DNA of 32,556 bases from an uncultured virus (IMG/VR IMGVR_UViG_3300050343_000142) (IMGVR_UViG_3300050343_000142); one strand, 5' to 3'. Shown: positions 8,268-16,933, counted from the first letter of the stretch. The notes: generated by a model not told the origin, from the letters alone. Numbers and translations are program-made.

Positions 8268-8831
8268 TTACTTAACAAAGACTCCTGTTCGTAAAAACTC
8301 TTGTCTTTCTGCGTTAAAATCCCACTTAGGTTTGTGTTCTTGCTCTCGTTCCCATGACAACTTATTAGCTGATATCCTATCATATTCACGAAAAGCTAAT
8401 TCAAAGTTATCAATAGTAGACAAAGTCATATTTCTAAAGTCTCTATTTTTCCAATAACGTAAACTTTCTCCGACAGTATGGTCTTTTTTCATCATCGCTT
8501 TAGATAAATCAACGATACTGCACTTTCTTTTAACAATAGCTTCGTTAATGTAAGTTGGGTCAAGTAAAAATTCTAAGTCATCAGTAGTAATGAAGTTAGG
8601 ATATTTATCGGGTGCAAGTCTTTGATAATCACGTAAAGCATCGCTAATTGCTTTATAAGTTTGATACTTAGGAATTCTTTTTTTGGACTTCACACTACGG
8701 ATATAGCCACTTTTAACACCAATAGACTTTTCAAATCTACCAATAAGTATTCCATGTTCTACGTCTACAAACTTTTGAAAGACAGACCACAGTCTATCTC
8801 TTTTGATAATTCTTGTTCTCCTCAACATCAT
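8268..8831 (-). CDS. Putative DNA-binding protein, possibly two XRE-like HTH domains
   Basis: GGAGG SD; two helical segments resembling HTH domains (weak). Confidence 0.5.
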   Translation of the reverse strand: MMLRRTRIIKRDRLWSVFQKFVDVEHGILIGRFEKSIGVKSGYIRSVKSKKRIPKYQTYKAISDALRDYQRLAPDKYPNFITTDDLEFLLDPTYINEAIVKRKCSIVDLSKAMMKKDHTVGESLRYWKNRDFRNMTLSTIDNFELAFREYDRISANKLSWEREQEHKPKWDFNAERQEFLRTGVFVK

Positions 8832-8849
8832 CCCCTCCAAAATTTTCTA

Positions 8850-8916
8850 AAAACGGACGGATAGAAAATTCCTAGGAAGAAAGGAGGCAAAAAACCTAGG
8901 CGAAACCTACCCGTCC
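8850..8916 (-). ncRNA. Stem-loop displaying an anti-SD loop UUUUUUGCCUCCUUUCUU
   Basis: GGACGGGTAG/CTATCCGTCC outer stem (G-U pair on minus strand), CCTAGG/CCTAGG inner stem, followed by a U-tract. Confidence 0.55.
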
Positions 8917-8954
8917 TAAACCTATGGCTTAATTTTACCAACAACATCTGAAAT

Positions 8955-9182
8955 CTACTGTATTTCATCCGTCTGTTCTTTCTTAAATCTCAAGTTATCG
9001 ACAACAACGTTGATTTTACTAGCTATTCTCTCAGCTATTTTACTTTGGACTTCTAAGTTCCACAGTTCTTCCTCAGCATTATATTGTTCAATATCTTTCC
9101 TAATAGAATCAACGAGAAGTTGATTAATTTCCACAACCAACTCCTCAACTTTTTGATTCGCCACCTTTTTCTCCTCTTTCAT
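8955..9182 (-). CDS. Hypothetical coiled-coil protein
   Basis: Operon position; overlapping start/stop. Confidence 0.7.
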   Translation of the reverse strand: MKEEKKVANQKVEELVVEINQLLVDSIRKDIEQYNAEEELWNLEVQSKIAERIASKINVVVDNLRFKKEQTDEIQ

Positions 9183-9427
9183 CTAAATTTTTTCTGTTTC
9201 CACAAAGGTACTAACTTATTGTCATGTCCAACATGCCAATCATCACACCAAGGGCAATCATACGCTTTTGCTTTAGCCTGCCGACGTCTTGGGTTGTTGT
9301 TCATCGTAATAGCTATTTCTTGTGCTTTGCTTTGCGACAATGCTTTTTTTCGACGACACCCATAACATTTCGGACATTGACATTTGCTCCCGTTGACCTC
9401 GTACCAACATACCTTATTCGTCTTCAC
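9179..9427 (-). CDS. Small Zn-binding protein (YDCPWCDDWH)
   Basis: Cys/His motifs; operon coupling. Confidence 0.7.
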   Translation of the reverse strand: MKTNKVCWYEVNGSKCQCPKCYGCRRKKALSQSKAQEIAITMNNNPRRRQAKAKAYDCPWCDDWHVGHDNKLVPLWKQKKFR

Positions 9428-9875
9428 TTGCAGTAGTAGGAACTGTTTTTTCGAGTTGTTTGTCTAAAAAGTATTCAGACTTACCCTCAAACTGTGACCA
9501 TAGATGTAATCCTACACCAATAGCCATAGCACATCTTTTAATTGCGTCGGATACTGCGTCTTTTAATCTCGCACCATCAGTTCTCCAATTAGTAGGGTTC
9601 TCGACATCGCCTGCTTCCTCTACAGTTACAATGTTACCGTCAATTTCAACAGTTAAAGCAAGTACACAACCTGTAATGATTGATTTGTAGTTGCCGTCTT
9701 TGTCTTTGACGTCCTCTCGTATAATTTCTTTTACCTCTTGTGAATAAGCACCGAGTACACTAAGTAGTCGTTGTCTTATAACAGAGTGTTGTATGTAGTC
9801 GCCAAATTTACCTTTAGGAGCTTTATGTATAAACTCCTTTGGAAATGGTCTTGATAGTTCGTGTAATTGTTCCAC
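9414..9875 (-). CDS. Rad52/Rad22-like single-strand annealing protein
   Basis: LSRPFP, YI..RQRL..VLG, KDAVSDAIKRCAMAIGVGLHLW. Confidence 0.85.
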   Translation of the reverse strand: MEQLHELSRPFPKEFIHKAPKGKFGDYIQHSVIRQRLLSVLGAYSQEVKEIIREDVKDKDGNYKSIITGCVLALTVEIDGNIVTVEEAGDVENPTNWRTDGARLKDAVSDAIKRCAMAIGVGLHLWSQFEGKSEYFLDKQLEKTVPTTASEDE

Positions 9876-9901
9876 TTTTTCCTCCTGTTAGTTAATTAAT
9901 T

Positions 9902-10873
9902 CTATTTCTCGTTAGCCCAATTGTCAAGTTCGCTTGCAGTTCTCATCTTTTGTTGCAATGTACTTAACTCATTAGGGGATAGTCTAGGCGATACTTTATC
10001 TAAAGACGCCCAATGTTTCGCTAATGATGTCGGAGTTGCTTTGAAGCCAAAGTTAAGCAAATGGTTTTTTGCTCTAATTGGAATATCATTCAAGTCAACA
10101 TCAATATCATTAAGTTCTTTTACTGCTTTGTTTAACTGACCTCTAGCCATTGAAGTAAGTTGGTTCATATCATAACCTAAAGCAATACAGATTGTTTTAA
10201 AAATCTGTTTATGTCTTTGTCCCATGTCCTCGACAATAACTTCCCAATCATTCAAAACTAATTCATTTCCAACTTCATTTACTGCAACTTCGTTGCTAAT
10301 AATCTTGTCTTCTCTTGTCTTGTCTTCTCTTGTCTTGTCTACGTCGGACGGGCTATGGACATCCTTTGGACGTCCTGTGGACACGTTCTTATCAAATTTA
10401 TTAAGGTTGATGACCTCGTATTCAATAGGTTTTTCGGGGCTTTGTTCTATTTCAGCCTCGCTAGTCCACTCTCTTGTGTCGCCATTACTCTTAGCAAATT
10501 TATTAGCAGACGTTTTTGAGTTTGCTCTTTGCCTAGATTGACGTTTTCTCTCTGCGTCCTTTTGTCTGATTTCAATAAGAGCACCTGTGTATTCAACCCA
10601 ATCATGAATTGTTAACTTACCGTCATTTTCATCAATCCAACCATGTTTAATTAATGCTTTGGTAAAGTCTTCTGGCTCTCCCTCCCATTGTGCAGAAAAA
10701 GGCACAAAGTCTTTGTATCGTGTAATGTCGCCGTTCTCAGCATAATCTACTGCCCACCACCAAAATAGGTGCAAATGCCCTATTGCTTGTGGGATAGTTA
10801 TACCAAGTTCATTGGCTACTAATTTTAATTTAGGGTGTTGCCCTAACGCTTGTTCTGATTTAATCCAAGCCAT
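9902..10873 (-). CDS. Phage replication initiator (replisome organiser-like)
   Basis: MAWIK..HPK..GHLHLFWWWA, IHDWVEY, DAERKRQSR, DKTRED linker repeats. Confidence 0.75.
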   Translation of the reverse strand: MAWIKSEQALGQHPKLKLVANELGITIPQAIGHLHLFWWWAVDYAENGDITRYKDFVPFSAQWEGEPEDFTKALIKHGWIDENDGKLTIHDWVEYTGALIEIRQKDAERKRQSRQRANSKTSANKFAKSNGDTREWTSEAEIEQSPEKPIEYEVINLNKFDKNVSTGRPKDVHSPSDVDKTREDKTREDKIISNEVAVNEVGNELVLNDWEVIVEDMGQRHKQIFKTICIALGYDMNQLTSMARGQLNKAVKELNDIDVDLNDIPIRAKNHLLNFGFKATPTSLAKHWASLDKVSPRLSPNELSTLQQKMRTASELDNWANEK

Positions 10874-11294
10874 TCTTTATCTCCTGTTCTTTGTTGGTAT
10901 TCCACATGTCTTGTAGTTTATCAACTATGTCGTTTAATGTCGATAATCTACATAAAAATAGTCCGTCGCCACTTCCGTGGGGCATAGCTATCATGCTAAA
11001 AGGTTTGTCGTCAATCCCTTTTCCTATAGCATAATCATAACTTTGCGATTCTGCAAGTTCAAACTTTTTTACAATGTCAGCTACTTGCTTACCCGACTTC
11101 ACTTCAAATCTTACAGGACTATTCCAATGTTCTTCATCACTTGATTTAGTTAATTCGTTGTCGGGTACTCCAAGTAATTTCTTTGCTCTATCCTGTGAGG
11201 CTCTACCCTCAACACGATTAGTTTGATTTTGTTCTTGTACAAGTTTTTTCTTTAACTCATTAAGTCTTGTTTGTATCTCATCATCAAACGTCAT
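10860..11294 (-). CDS. PD-(D/E)xK nuclease-like protein
   Basis: FEVKSG motif; resolvase-like size. Confidence 0.45.
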   Translation of the reverse strand: MTFDDEIQTRLNELKKKLVQEQNQTNRVEGRASQDRAKKLLGVPDNELTKSSDEEHWNSPVRFEVKSGKQVADIVKKFELAESQSYDYAIGKGIDDKPFSMIAMPHGSGDGLFLCRLSTLNDIVDKLQDMWNTNKEQEIKNGLD

Positions 11295-11673
11295 AGGTTC
11301 TACGACCCTCTAGTAAAGCGAAAAATGTTTTTTCGTCCATACAATAAACTACAGGCTCTCCATCAGCTGAACGTCTTTGCTGACCTTTTTGTTTCTTTAA
11401 CTTCTTCCAAGCAACTACTACAGGGTACTTACCTGCTTTTCTTTTTGCTTTGGCAACTGTTTGATGTAAGTTAAGTGCTTGTCTATTCTTTGCTTCCATG
11501 ACCCAACGTTCGCTAGGTAACATGTAATCAACTCTGAAAAACTCGACATCTCCCTCGTCTTTGTTACCACCCTCAGCTAAACGTCTTGCTTTGTGGTGCC
11601 CATTATATTTATTAATAAGATTGACTTGTAGTGTTTCAAATGTTGTGCCCTGTTTCTTAGGTTTGTTAACCAT
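11284..11673 (-). CDS. Holliday junction resolvase-like PD-(D/E)xK nuclease
   Basis: KKQGTTFE, DEGDV, VMEAKN, PVVVAWK. Confidence 0.75.
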   Translation of the reverse strand: MVNKPKKQGTTFETLQVNLINKYNGHHKARRLAEGGNKDEGDVEFFRVDYMLPSERWVMEAKNRQALNLHQTVAKAKRKAGKYPVVVAWKKLKKQKGQQRRSADGEPVVYCMDEKTFFALLEGRRTYDV

Positions 11674-12131
11674 TATTTTCTCCTGTTCAAAGCCTCCAAC
11701 TTAAACAAAGTAAAAGACTCGTCTTCTTTCTTAGGCTTTTCTAGTTCTAACCAAACTAAATATTGTGGTGTGTATTCATAAGTATGAGTTATAAATCTAA
11801 CTACTTGTTCTACAGTAGTTAATATTTCTGCGTCTGAGAGTGCTTTAGCAAACTCTCCAACTTCAATCCAATCTGATTTGAACTGTTTAGTTCTTTCAGT
11901 AAGAATATGTTCTTGTTCTTGCTTTGCTAATGTTTCAAAGTAGTCCTCTGTTGCACTCATCAAAGCGTTTGTAATAAAAGCACCGAAGTCCATATCTGTA
12001 TTGTCGTCCATATCGTGTTGGGGACAAGCAGGGTGGCACTCCATGTTAGGTGGTGCAGAACATATTGGGCATGTTTCTAGTCTGTTGTCATCAAACCCAC
12101 TTGGGTCTATTGGATACATACTCATACACAA
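11673..12131 (-). CDS. Hypothetical protein with Cys-rich N-terminus
   Basis: CPIC..CHPAC; coupled to downstream gene. Confidence 0.7.
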   Translation of the reverse strand: MCMSMYPIDPSGFDDNRLETCPICSAPPNMECHPACPQHDMDDNTDMDFGAFITNALMSATEDYFETLAKQEQEHILTERTKQFKSDWIEVGEFAKALSDAEILTTVEQVVRFITHTYEYTPQYLVWLELEKPKKEDESFTLFKLEALNRRK

Positions 12132-12166
12132 ATTCTACTTCAATATATAAAGTTAGGTTGTATTAA

Positions 12167-12874
12167 CTAAAAAGGATTTTCTGAATCCTGTAATTCTTTA
12201 CCTGATACTGAGACCCCTTCAATCTTTTCGACATCACTAACAGTTCTATAGAGCGAATCATCTAGTTCTTCCCACTCTTGTTTTATTATTCTGCCGTCTT
12301 CGTTGAAAGTAGCACTACCCTTATCTCCATTTTCCATACTAAAAAATCTATAAATAATTTTCTTTACATCATATTCTCTAGCAATTTTTTCAATCATAGG
12401 ATAAGCAGGTGCCCATGCAGTATCAAAAGTATATTCTAAAGATTCTTTATCTCTATTAATCATTCGAGTTTCACAATCTCCCCACTTTGTGCCGTAGTTA
12501 TTTACGTTCCAATTGTACCAATCGTGAGCACCATACTTCTCATCTAGCTCTTCAAGTTCCTTACCTGTAAGTGTTTCCATTGTGTAACCCTCTCCAAGTA
12601 ATTCCTCATCATTCATGCTATAGAATGTTACTGCTCTCATTTGGTCTATCTTTACTGAGTTTCCGTCTAAGTCTTTAAAACGTCTTATATTTGTTTCTGT
12701 GCCGTCCAACATACGAATTTCGTCGGGCATTGGAATTAAGTTTGTAGCAATAAGGTGTCTTTCTTGCTGATTTCCGTCCTCATCAGTAAAAGTTGTTCTA
12801 ACTTTGTTTTGTATTTCATCTAACACAGTTGCGTCAGCTTCAATAGTTATCTTGTTCTCTACCCAATTAGGCAT
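12167..12874 (-). CDS. DUF1281/Api92-like ferredoxin-fold protein
   Basis: MPNWVENKI, WYNWNVNNYGTKW, FDTAWAP; GGAGGAG SD. Confidence 0.8.
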   Translation of the reverse strand: MPNWVENKITIEADATVLDEIQNKVRTTFTDEDGNQQERHLIATNLIPMPDEIRMLDGTETNIRRFKDLDGNSVKIDQMRAVTFYSMNDEELLGEGYTMETLTGKELEELDEKYGAHDWYNWNVNNYGTKWGDCETRMINRDKESLEYTFDTAWAPAYPMIEKIAREYDVKKIIYRFFSMENGDKGSATFNEDGRIIKQEWEELDDSLYRTVSDVEKIEGVSVSGKELQDSENPF

Positions 12875-13100
12875 AATCTCCTCCGTCCACACTCATACGA
12901 GCGTTATATTCTTGGTTATCTGTATATCTGTCGTGTTCGTCCATAGCCTCTACTGAGTAGGGACTATAACCATTTGCTTTTGTAAAAGACCATACATAAA
13001 TTTTATGCCACACTTTGTACATTTTCTTTTGAAACAATGTGTTTCTTTTGTCTAGCCTTTCTAAAGCAAGTAATGATTTGTTGTAAATGTATTTACTCAT
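12867..13100 (-). CDS. Hypothetical protein
   Basis: Operon coupling. Confidence 0.65.
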   Translation of the reverse strand: MSKYIYNKSLLALERLDKRNTLFQKKMYKVWHKIYVWSFTKANGYSPYSVEAMDEHDRYTDNQEYNARMSVDGGDYA

Positions 13101-13372
13101 TTGCTATCAGTTCCTTTAACGTAATTGCCCTGCTTTTTACTTGGGTCTATCCAACCTCTATTTCTACCATAACTGATAGGGGCGTGGTTGTAGCACCATG
13201 CTTTCTTGTTGTACATGCTTAGGGTTTTGTCGCAACCTTTCTTTTTACAGACACGACCTTTGTCATAGGTTTTGCTTTTGCGACTAGAGTAAGTTTTTGT
13301 TCCTGTTTGATACAAATTACTCATTATCACAACAATCACATGACGGTTGAGCGTAATCTTTTTCATCATCAT
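13097..13372 (-). CDS. Small Cys/His protein (GRVC..GC..LSMYN..CYNH); true start possibly 13324
   Basis: Operon coupling; metal-binding pattern. Confidence 0.65.
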   Translation of the reverse strand: MMMKKITLNRHVIVVIMSNLYQTGTKTYSSRKSKTYDKGRVCKKKGCDKTLSMYNKKAWCYNHAPISYGRNRGWIDPSKKQGNYVKGTDSK

Positions 13373-13565
13373 GTAGCCTAAATACTTTCATAGTTCTATC
13401 ATGACGTAGGCAATCTACTATCAATGAATTAGTTTCTAGTTCAATTCCAACTTGAAACTTAGCGTACTCTCTAGGAGAATGAATGTTATCCATATCTTCT
13501 ATTTCATTGAGGCACTCTCCACATGACATGTAAAAGTCAGCTTCGATAGGCATATTTTTCTGCAT
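13317..13565 (-). CDS. Hypothetical protein
   Basis: AGGAG SD; CGEC and CLRH motifs. Confidence 0.65.
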   Translation of the reverse strand: MQKNMPIEADFYMSCGECLNEIEDMDNIHSPREYAKFQVGIELETNSLIVDCLRHDRTMKVFRLHDDEKDYAQPSCDCCDNE

Positions 13566-13569
13566 ATTA

Positions 13570-13836
13570 TTACTCCTGTTCTCTGTTGTTAGTTAAGTCG
13601 TCAGCATACTTCGTTCCAAGTATTCTGTCAATTTCTGTCTGTTCTTTTATCATATCGTCTAAAAAAGAATTTTCTCTACGTTTTTCTTTCTCCCAAGCTC
13701 TGAGTTCAAATATAAATATTACTCTCTCATAAAGCTCTTTTAACTTATCTTTCACTTTTCCATTTCCTTTCCCAACTATCTGAATCTTCCCAACACCATT
13801 GACTTGATGACCAATCTCTCCATTGCGTCCTTCCAT
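13570..13836 (-). CDS. Hypothetical protein (start uncertain)
   Basis: Fills the operon between neighbouring genes. Confidence 0.5.
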   Translation of the reverse strand: MEGRNGEIGHQVNGVGKIQIVGKGNGKVKDKLKELYERVIFIFELRAWEKEKRRENSFLDDMIKEQTEIDRILGTKYADDLTNNREQE

Positions 13837-14281
13837 AAATGTCCTCGGCTAGTATTGAGGCAAATAGTATATTGTAATAAGGCGTATATTGAACTCTCGT
13901 TTGTTCAAATCCAATATTGTGTTTATATGTTTTACCATTAAATTCGTATGGTTTACCCCAACGGAGTATTACCCACTCATCCCACATCGGTAAGTCATAG
14001 GTTTCTGCAACCCAATCCCATGTCCATGGTACGAATTGCATGACACCTGTGTCTTTGTTGTCAGTTCTGTGAGCGTTTGATTTACCTCTTGACTCACACC
14101 AACCAATACGAATAGCAGTATCAATATTATTTTTGTCGAAGTGTTCGACATAAAGTTCTGAATATACCTGCATAGATTGAGGTACATGGTCATTACAATT
14201 TAAATGTTGTTCTATAATTTTAGATTCATCTACACCCATAGGTATAACAGACGCTAAAAAAATTATACATTCTGTAATCAT
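13745..14281 (-). CDS. Lytic transglycosylase (SLT/lysozyme-like) with hydrophobic N-terminus
   Basis: IGWCESRG catalytic Glu motif, GVMQF, TW. Confidence 0.75.
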   Translation of the reverse strand: MITECIIFLASVIPMGVDESKIIEQHLNCNDHVPQSMQVYSELYVEHFDKNNIDTAIRIGWCESRGKSNAHRTDNKDTGVMQFVPWTWDWVAETYDLPMWDEWVILRWGKPYEFNGKTYKHNIGFEQTRVQYTPYYNILFASILAEDIYGRTQWRDWSSSQWCWEDSDSWERKWKSER

Positions 14282-14361
14282 ATTAAACTCCTTAACTTAT
14301 TGGTTGTAAAAAAGGGTAAAGGAATCCCAAGCAAAAGTCAACCTTATAACTAATTATTTAC

Positions 14362-14607
14362 TTAGTACTGTAAATCGTCTATTAGTTCAGCAGTATCTTT
14401 GCCAAGTATGAGTTGTCTAGCATGTATTGAGGCTTGTGATTGTGTCTTACCACCTGTTTTGGTAACAAGCCACTTTCCTCTACCCGAAATCTTATAGATT
14501 TCAGCGTCATATTCAAGTAACAAAGGGTTGAATTTAACAACCACTTCATATTGGTCGAATAAAAACGACACATCTTCGACAGTATTTGTGTTAGTTTGTA
14601 CTCTCAT
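14362..14607 (-). CDS. Hypothetical protein, first gene of leftward operon
   Basis: ORF just downstream of predicted promoter. Confidence 0.6.
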   Translation of the reverse strand: MRVQTNTNTVEDVSFLFDQYEVVVKFNPLLLEYDAEIYKISGRGKWLVTKTGGKTQSQASIHARQLILGKDTAELIDDLQY

Positions 14608-14614
14608 CTACCTT

Positions 14615-14652
14615 AATTATACCATTATCAAATATTATTATAAGTATTTCAA
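14615..14652 (-). promoter_or_regulatory. Leftward sigma70-type promoter
   Basis: TTGAAA-17-GATAAT, plus TGGTATAAT extended -10. Confidence 0.55.
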
Positions 14653-14685
14653 TTTCATTCTTTTAAAAAAAGTGTATTGATAAAC

Positions 14686-14714
14686 TTGACAGATAAATCT
14701 ATTAAGACTATCTT
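14686..14714 (+). promoter_or_regulatory. Rightward sigma70-type promoter with operator-like motif in the spacer
   Basis: TTGACA-17-TATCTT. Confidence 0.7.
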
Positions 14715-14756
14715 GGTATTAATGATGTAACAAAGTCAGAGTGTAAATAGCACAAC

Positions 14757-15651
14757 CAACACTCACAACGGCGTAGAAACTTCAGAAGTGCTAAGGGATA
14801 ACACGGAAACCCTTAGGAATCTCACAGAGATAGTATTGGTTGCTATTCCTACGCAAGTGGGGGTAGCTTGAAAGATTTAGTAATGGTTGGTGGCTCATTA
14901 CCACCTAGACACGAAACAACTAATTGCAGACCACGTTAATTGAGTCTTTCAAGCTATCATAAGATAGTATTTCCTATATTAATTGTTATTACTCTGTTTG
15001 GGTGTGATTGCACGACTTAAATGCGTGGCATTGAAATAATATGCAAATCTCTGACGACCACATGCAAACAGGGTGGTAGCTTGAAGCTAATAGGGTTTTT
15101 ATGGTGTTTTGTTTTTACAGGTTTTTCATAGTCCTGTTCCTTTTATTAGGCACCACGATTTTACTTGTTGGCTTCAAGCTACTTCTATCGAGTAGCAAAA
15201 TACAACAAGCTATTGATTGTAAGTTTAAGGTTGGAAGTCTAGTGCAGAAATGTTAGCTAGAAATAAAGTGCATATAAACAGATTATTTCCAAGTTTGCAC
15301 CACTTACTGTTGTAGCAAAGTTATCTACAAATTAAATACAGTACCCTGTATTCACAATGTAGGTAGCTTGTAATACATTTCATATAAAGAAACTTATTGG
15401 ATAAGTTTTGATGTGTGTTACAAGCTATCTATAAGTGCAAAACGACTAAATATTGAAATATATTTGATACCCAATGGGGAGAGTTAGCACTAGTAAGTAG
15501 GTAGCTTATAGCACATGCCGATGTGAGAAAAGCACGCAAGTGTTCAATACGCAAGTGTTGATGAAAAGCAAAGCCGAGCGTGTGTTATAAGCTACACGTA
15601 CGTAGCCACGAATATGTTGTGAGTGTTGATGGGACAGTTGACGCTCACAAC
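14757..15651 (+). ncRNA. Large structured non-coding RNA or sRNA-array candidate
   Basis: 13-bp perfect closing helix 14757-14769/15616-15628; four 18-20-bp GGTAGCTT stems; no credible ORF. Confidence 0.7.
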
Positions 15652-15679
15652 TAAAAAAAATCAACAAATGGAGGAACAA

Positions 15680-15931
15680 ATGACAAATAAAACAGGATAT
15701 GAATATATCGTAACCGAACAAACATTAGACATAAGAAACTATACAGTAAAAAGTGATGTCCAACTTTCTCAATCAGAAATTTATGACGTCTTTTACGAAG
15801 TAGATTATGTTGACGGAAGTACTAATACTTTTGAGATTAATGGTAAAAAAGGAACTGTTACCTTTGATGGAACTGATTTCGGAGATGACGGACAGTTAGA
15901 TATTGAGGGCGACGAGAGGATAGATGAATAA
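15680..15931 (+). CDS. Acidic hypothetical protein
   Basis: GGAGG SD before ATG 15680. Confidence 0.7.
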   Translation: MTNKTGYEYIVTEQTLDIRNYTVKSDVQLSQSEIYDVFYEVDYVDGSTNTFEINGKKGTVTFDGTDFGDDGQLDIEGDERIDE

Positions 15932-16188
15932 TGAAAGTAAAAGACATGATAGCCATGCTTGAACTAGCCGATAAGGATAGTGAAGTAATGTTAGAAGTTC
16001 GAGATAAAGACATAAATCTTATTGGTTACTTTGAAGTGGGAAGTGATTGGGCAGAATATGGTGGTTATAGTCCCGATGAACTTGACTACTTTGAAAGTAT
16101 TAATGAGCCAAAAAGTAAAGCTAATGTTGAACTCACTATCAATAATGATGAGTGGGTAACACTTGGTATAGACATGGAGGAAAAATAA
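15931..16188 (+). CDS. Acidic hypothetical protein
   Basis: TAATG coupling. Confidence 0.7.
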   Translation: MKVKDMIAMLELADKDSEVMLEVRDKDINLIGYFEVGSDWAEYGGYSPDELDYFESINEPKSKANVELTINNDEWVTLGIDMEEK

Positions 16189-16370
16189 TGGAAGTATACG
16201 AATATAAATCAACCGACCCTAAACAAAAGTCAAATGATTTAGGTTTAACTATTTATTTCGACACCAATATAAGTAAAGATGAGGCTATAACGCAGACCTC
16301 GTTGTTACTAGACGGAATAGGTGCTGAATACACATTTGATATGTGGACGACACCAATGGAGAATGAGTAA
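16188..16370 (+). CDS. Acidic hypothetical protein
   Basis: GGAGG plus TAATG coupling. Confidence 0.65.
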   Translation: MEVYEYKSTDPKQKSNDLGLTIYFDTNISKDEAITQTSLLLDGIGAEYTFDMWTTPMENE

Positions 16371-16513
16371 TGGCAAAGAAATTTTATGCAAATATATCAA
16401 AAGATATAACTGTTTATGCTGATGATGAATCAGACGCACTATATGAAATAAGAAAGATTTATCAAAACTTTGGGGAAAACCTTGAAGTTGAGATATTTGA
16501 TGAGGAAGAATAA
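16370..16513 (+). CDS. 47-aa acidic microprotein
   Basis: TAATG coupling at both ends. Confidence 0.65.
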   Translation: MAKKFYANISKDITVYADDESDALYEIRKIYQNFGENLEVEIFDEEE

Positions 16514-16695
16514 TGCAAGTAGCAATGGAATGTCACGAAGATGGTGTGGAATTTGAATATAAATTAATTATTACGGGAATCTACATCGGCGACAAGAACG
16601 AAATTATAAACAAAGATAGTGTAATACGAATGCACGAGTTGTATGAAGCTGACTTTGAAATTGAAGAAGTAAAATTAGAAAGTGTAGGGAAGTAA
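16513..16695 (+). CDS. 60-aa acidic protein
   Basis: TAATG coupling. Confidence 0.65.
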   Translation: MQVAMECHEDGVEFEYKLIITGIYIGDKNEIINKDSVIRMHELYEADFEIEEVKLESVGK

Positions 16696-16817
16696 TGGCT
16701 AAACCAAAAACATATACAATGTTTGTATCATTTTCAGCTATGGATATGGAACAAGCAATAGAATACATCCACGACTTAGATGATAAAGATATTAGAAGTT
16801 GTTTGGAGGAAGAGTAA
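16695..16817 (+). CDS. 40-aa microprotein
   Basis: TAATG coupling at both ends. Confidence 0.6.
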   Translation: MAKPKTYTMFVSFSAMDMEQAIEYIHDLDDKDIRSCLEEE

Positions 16818-16933
16818 TGTATAAATTTGATGAGTGGTTAAGTGCTTGTCCTGTTCCTTATCATTTAGAAAAAGATAATGGGGATACTTTAAAATATAAT
16901 TTTGAAGTATGGAAGTTAGAGGAGAAAGAATAA
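16817..16933 (+). CDS. 38-aa microprotein
   Basis: GGAGG SD; TAATG coupling at both ends. Confidence 0.6.
   Translation: MYKFDEWLSACPVPYHLEKDNGDTLKYNFEVWKLEEKE

Noticed and set aside
14862..15595. CRISPR-like repeat-spacer array
   Set aside because: The repeats occur as inverted pairs with irregular spacing and only about 8 conserved nt.
15616..15660. Intrinsic terminator
   Set aside because: The hairpin is followed by an A-tract on the plus strand, so there is no U-tract downstream of it on either strand.
15506..15721. 71-aa minus-strand ORF
   Set aside because: It is antisense to the structured RNA and the first rightward gene, with no SD.
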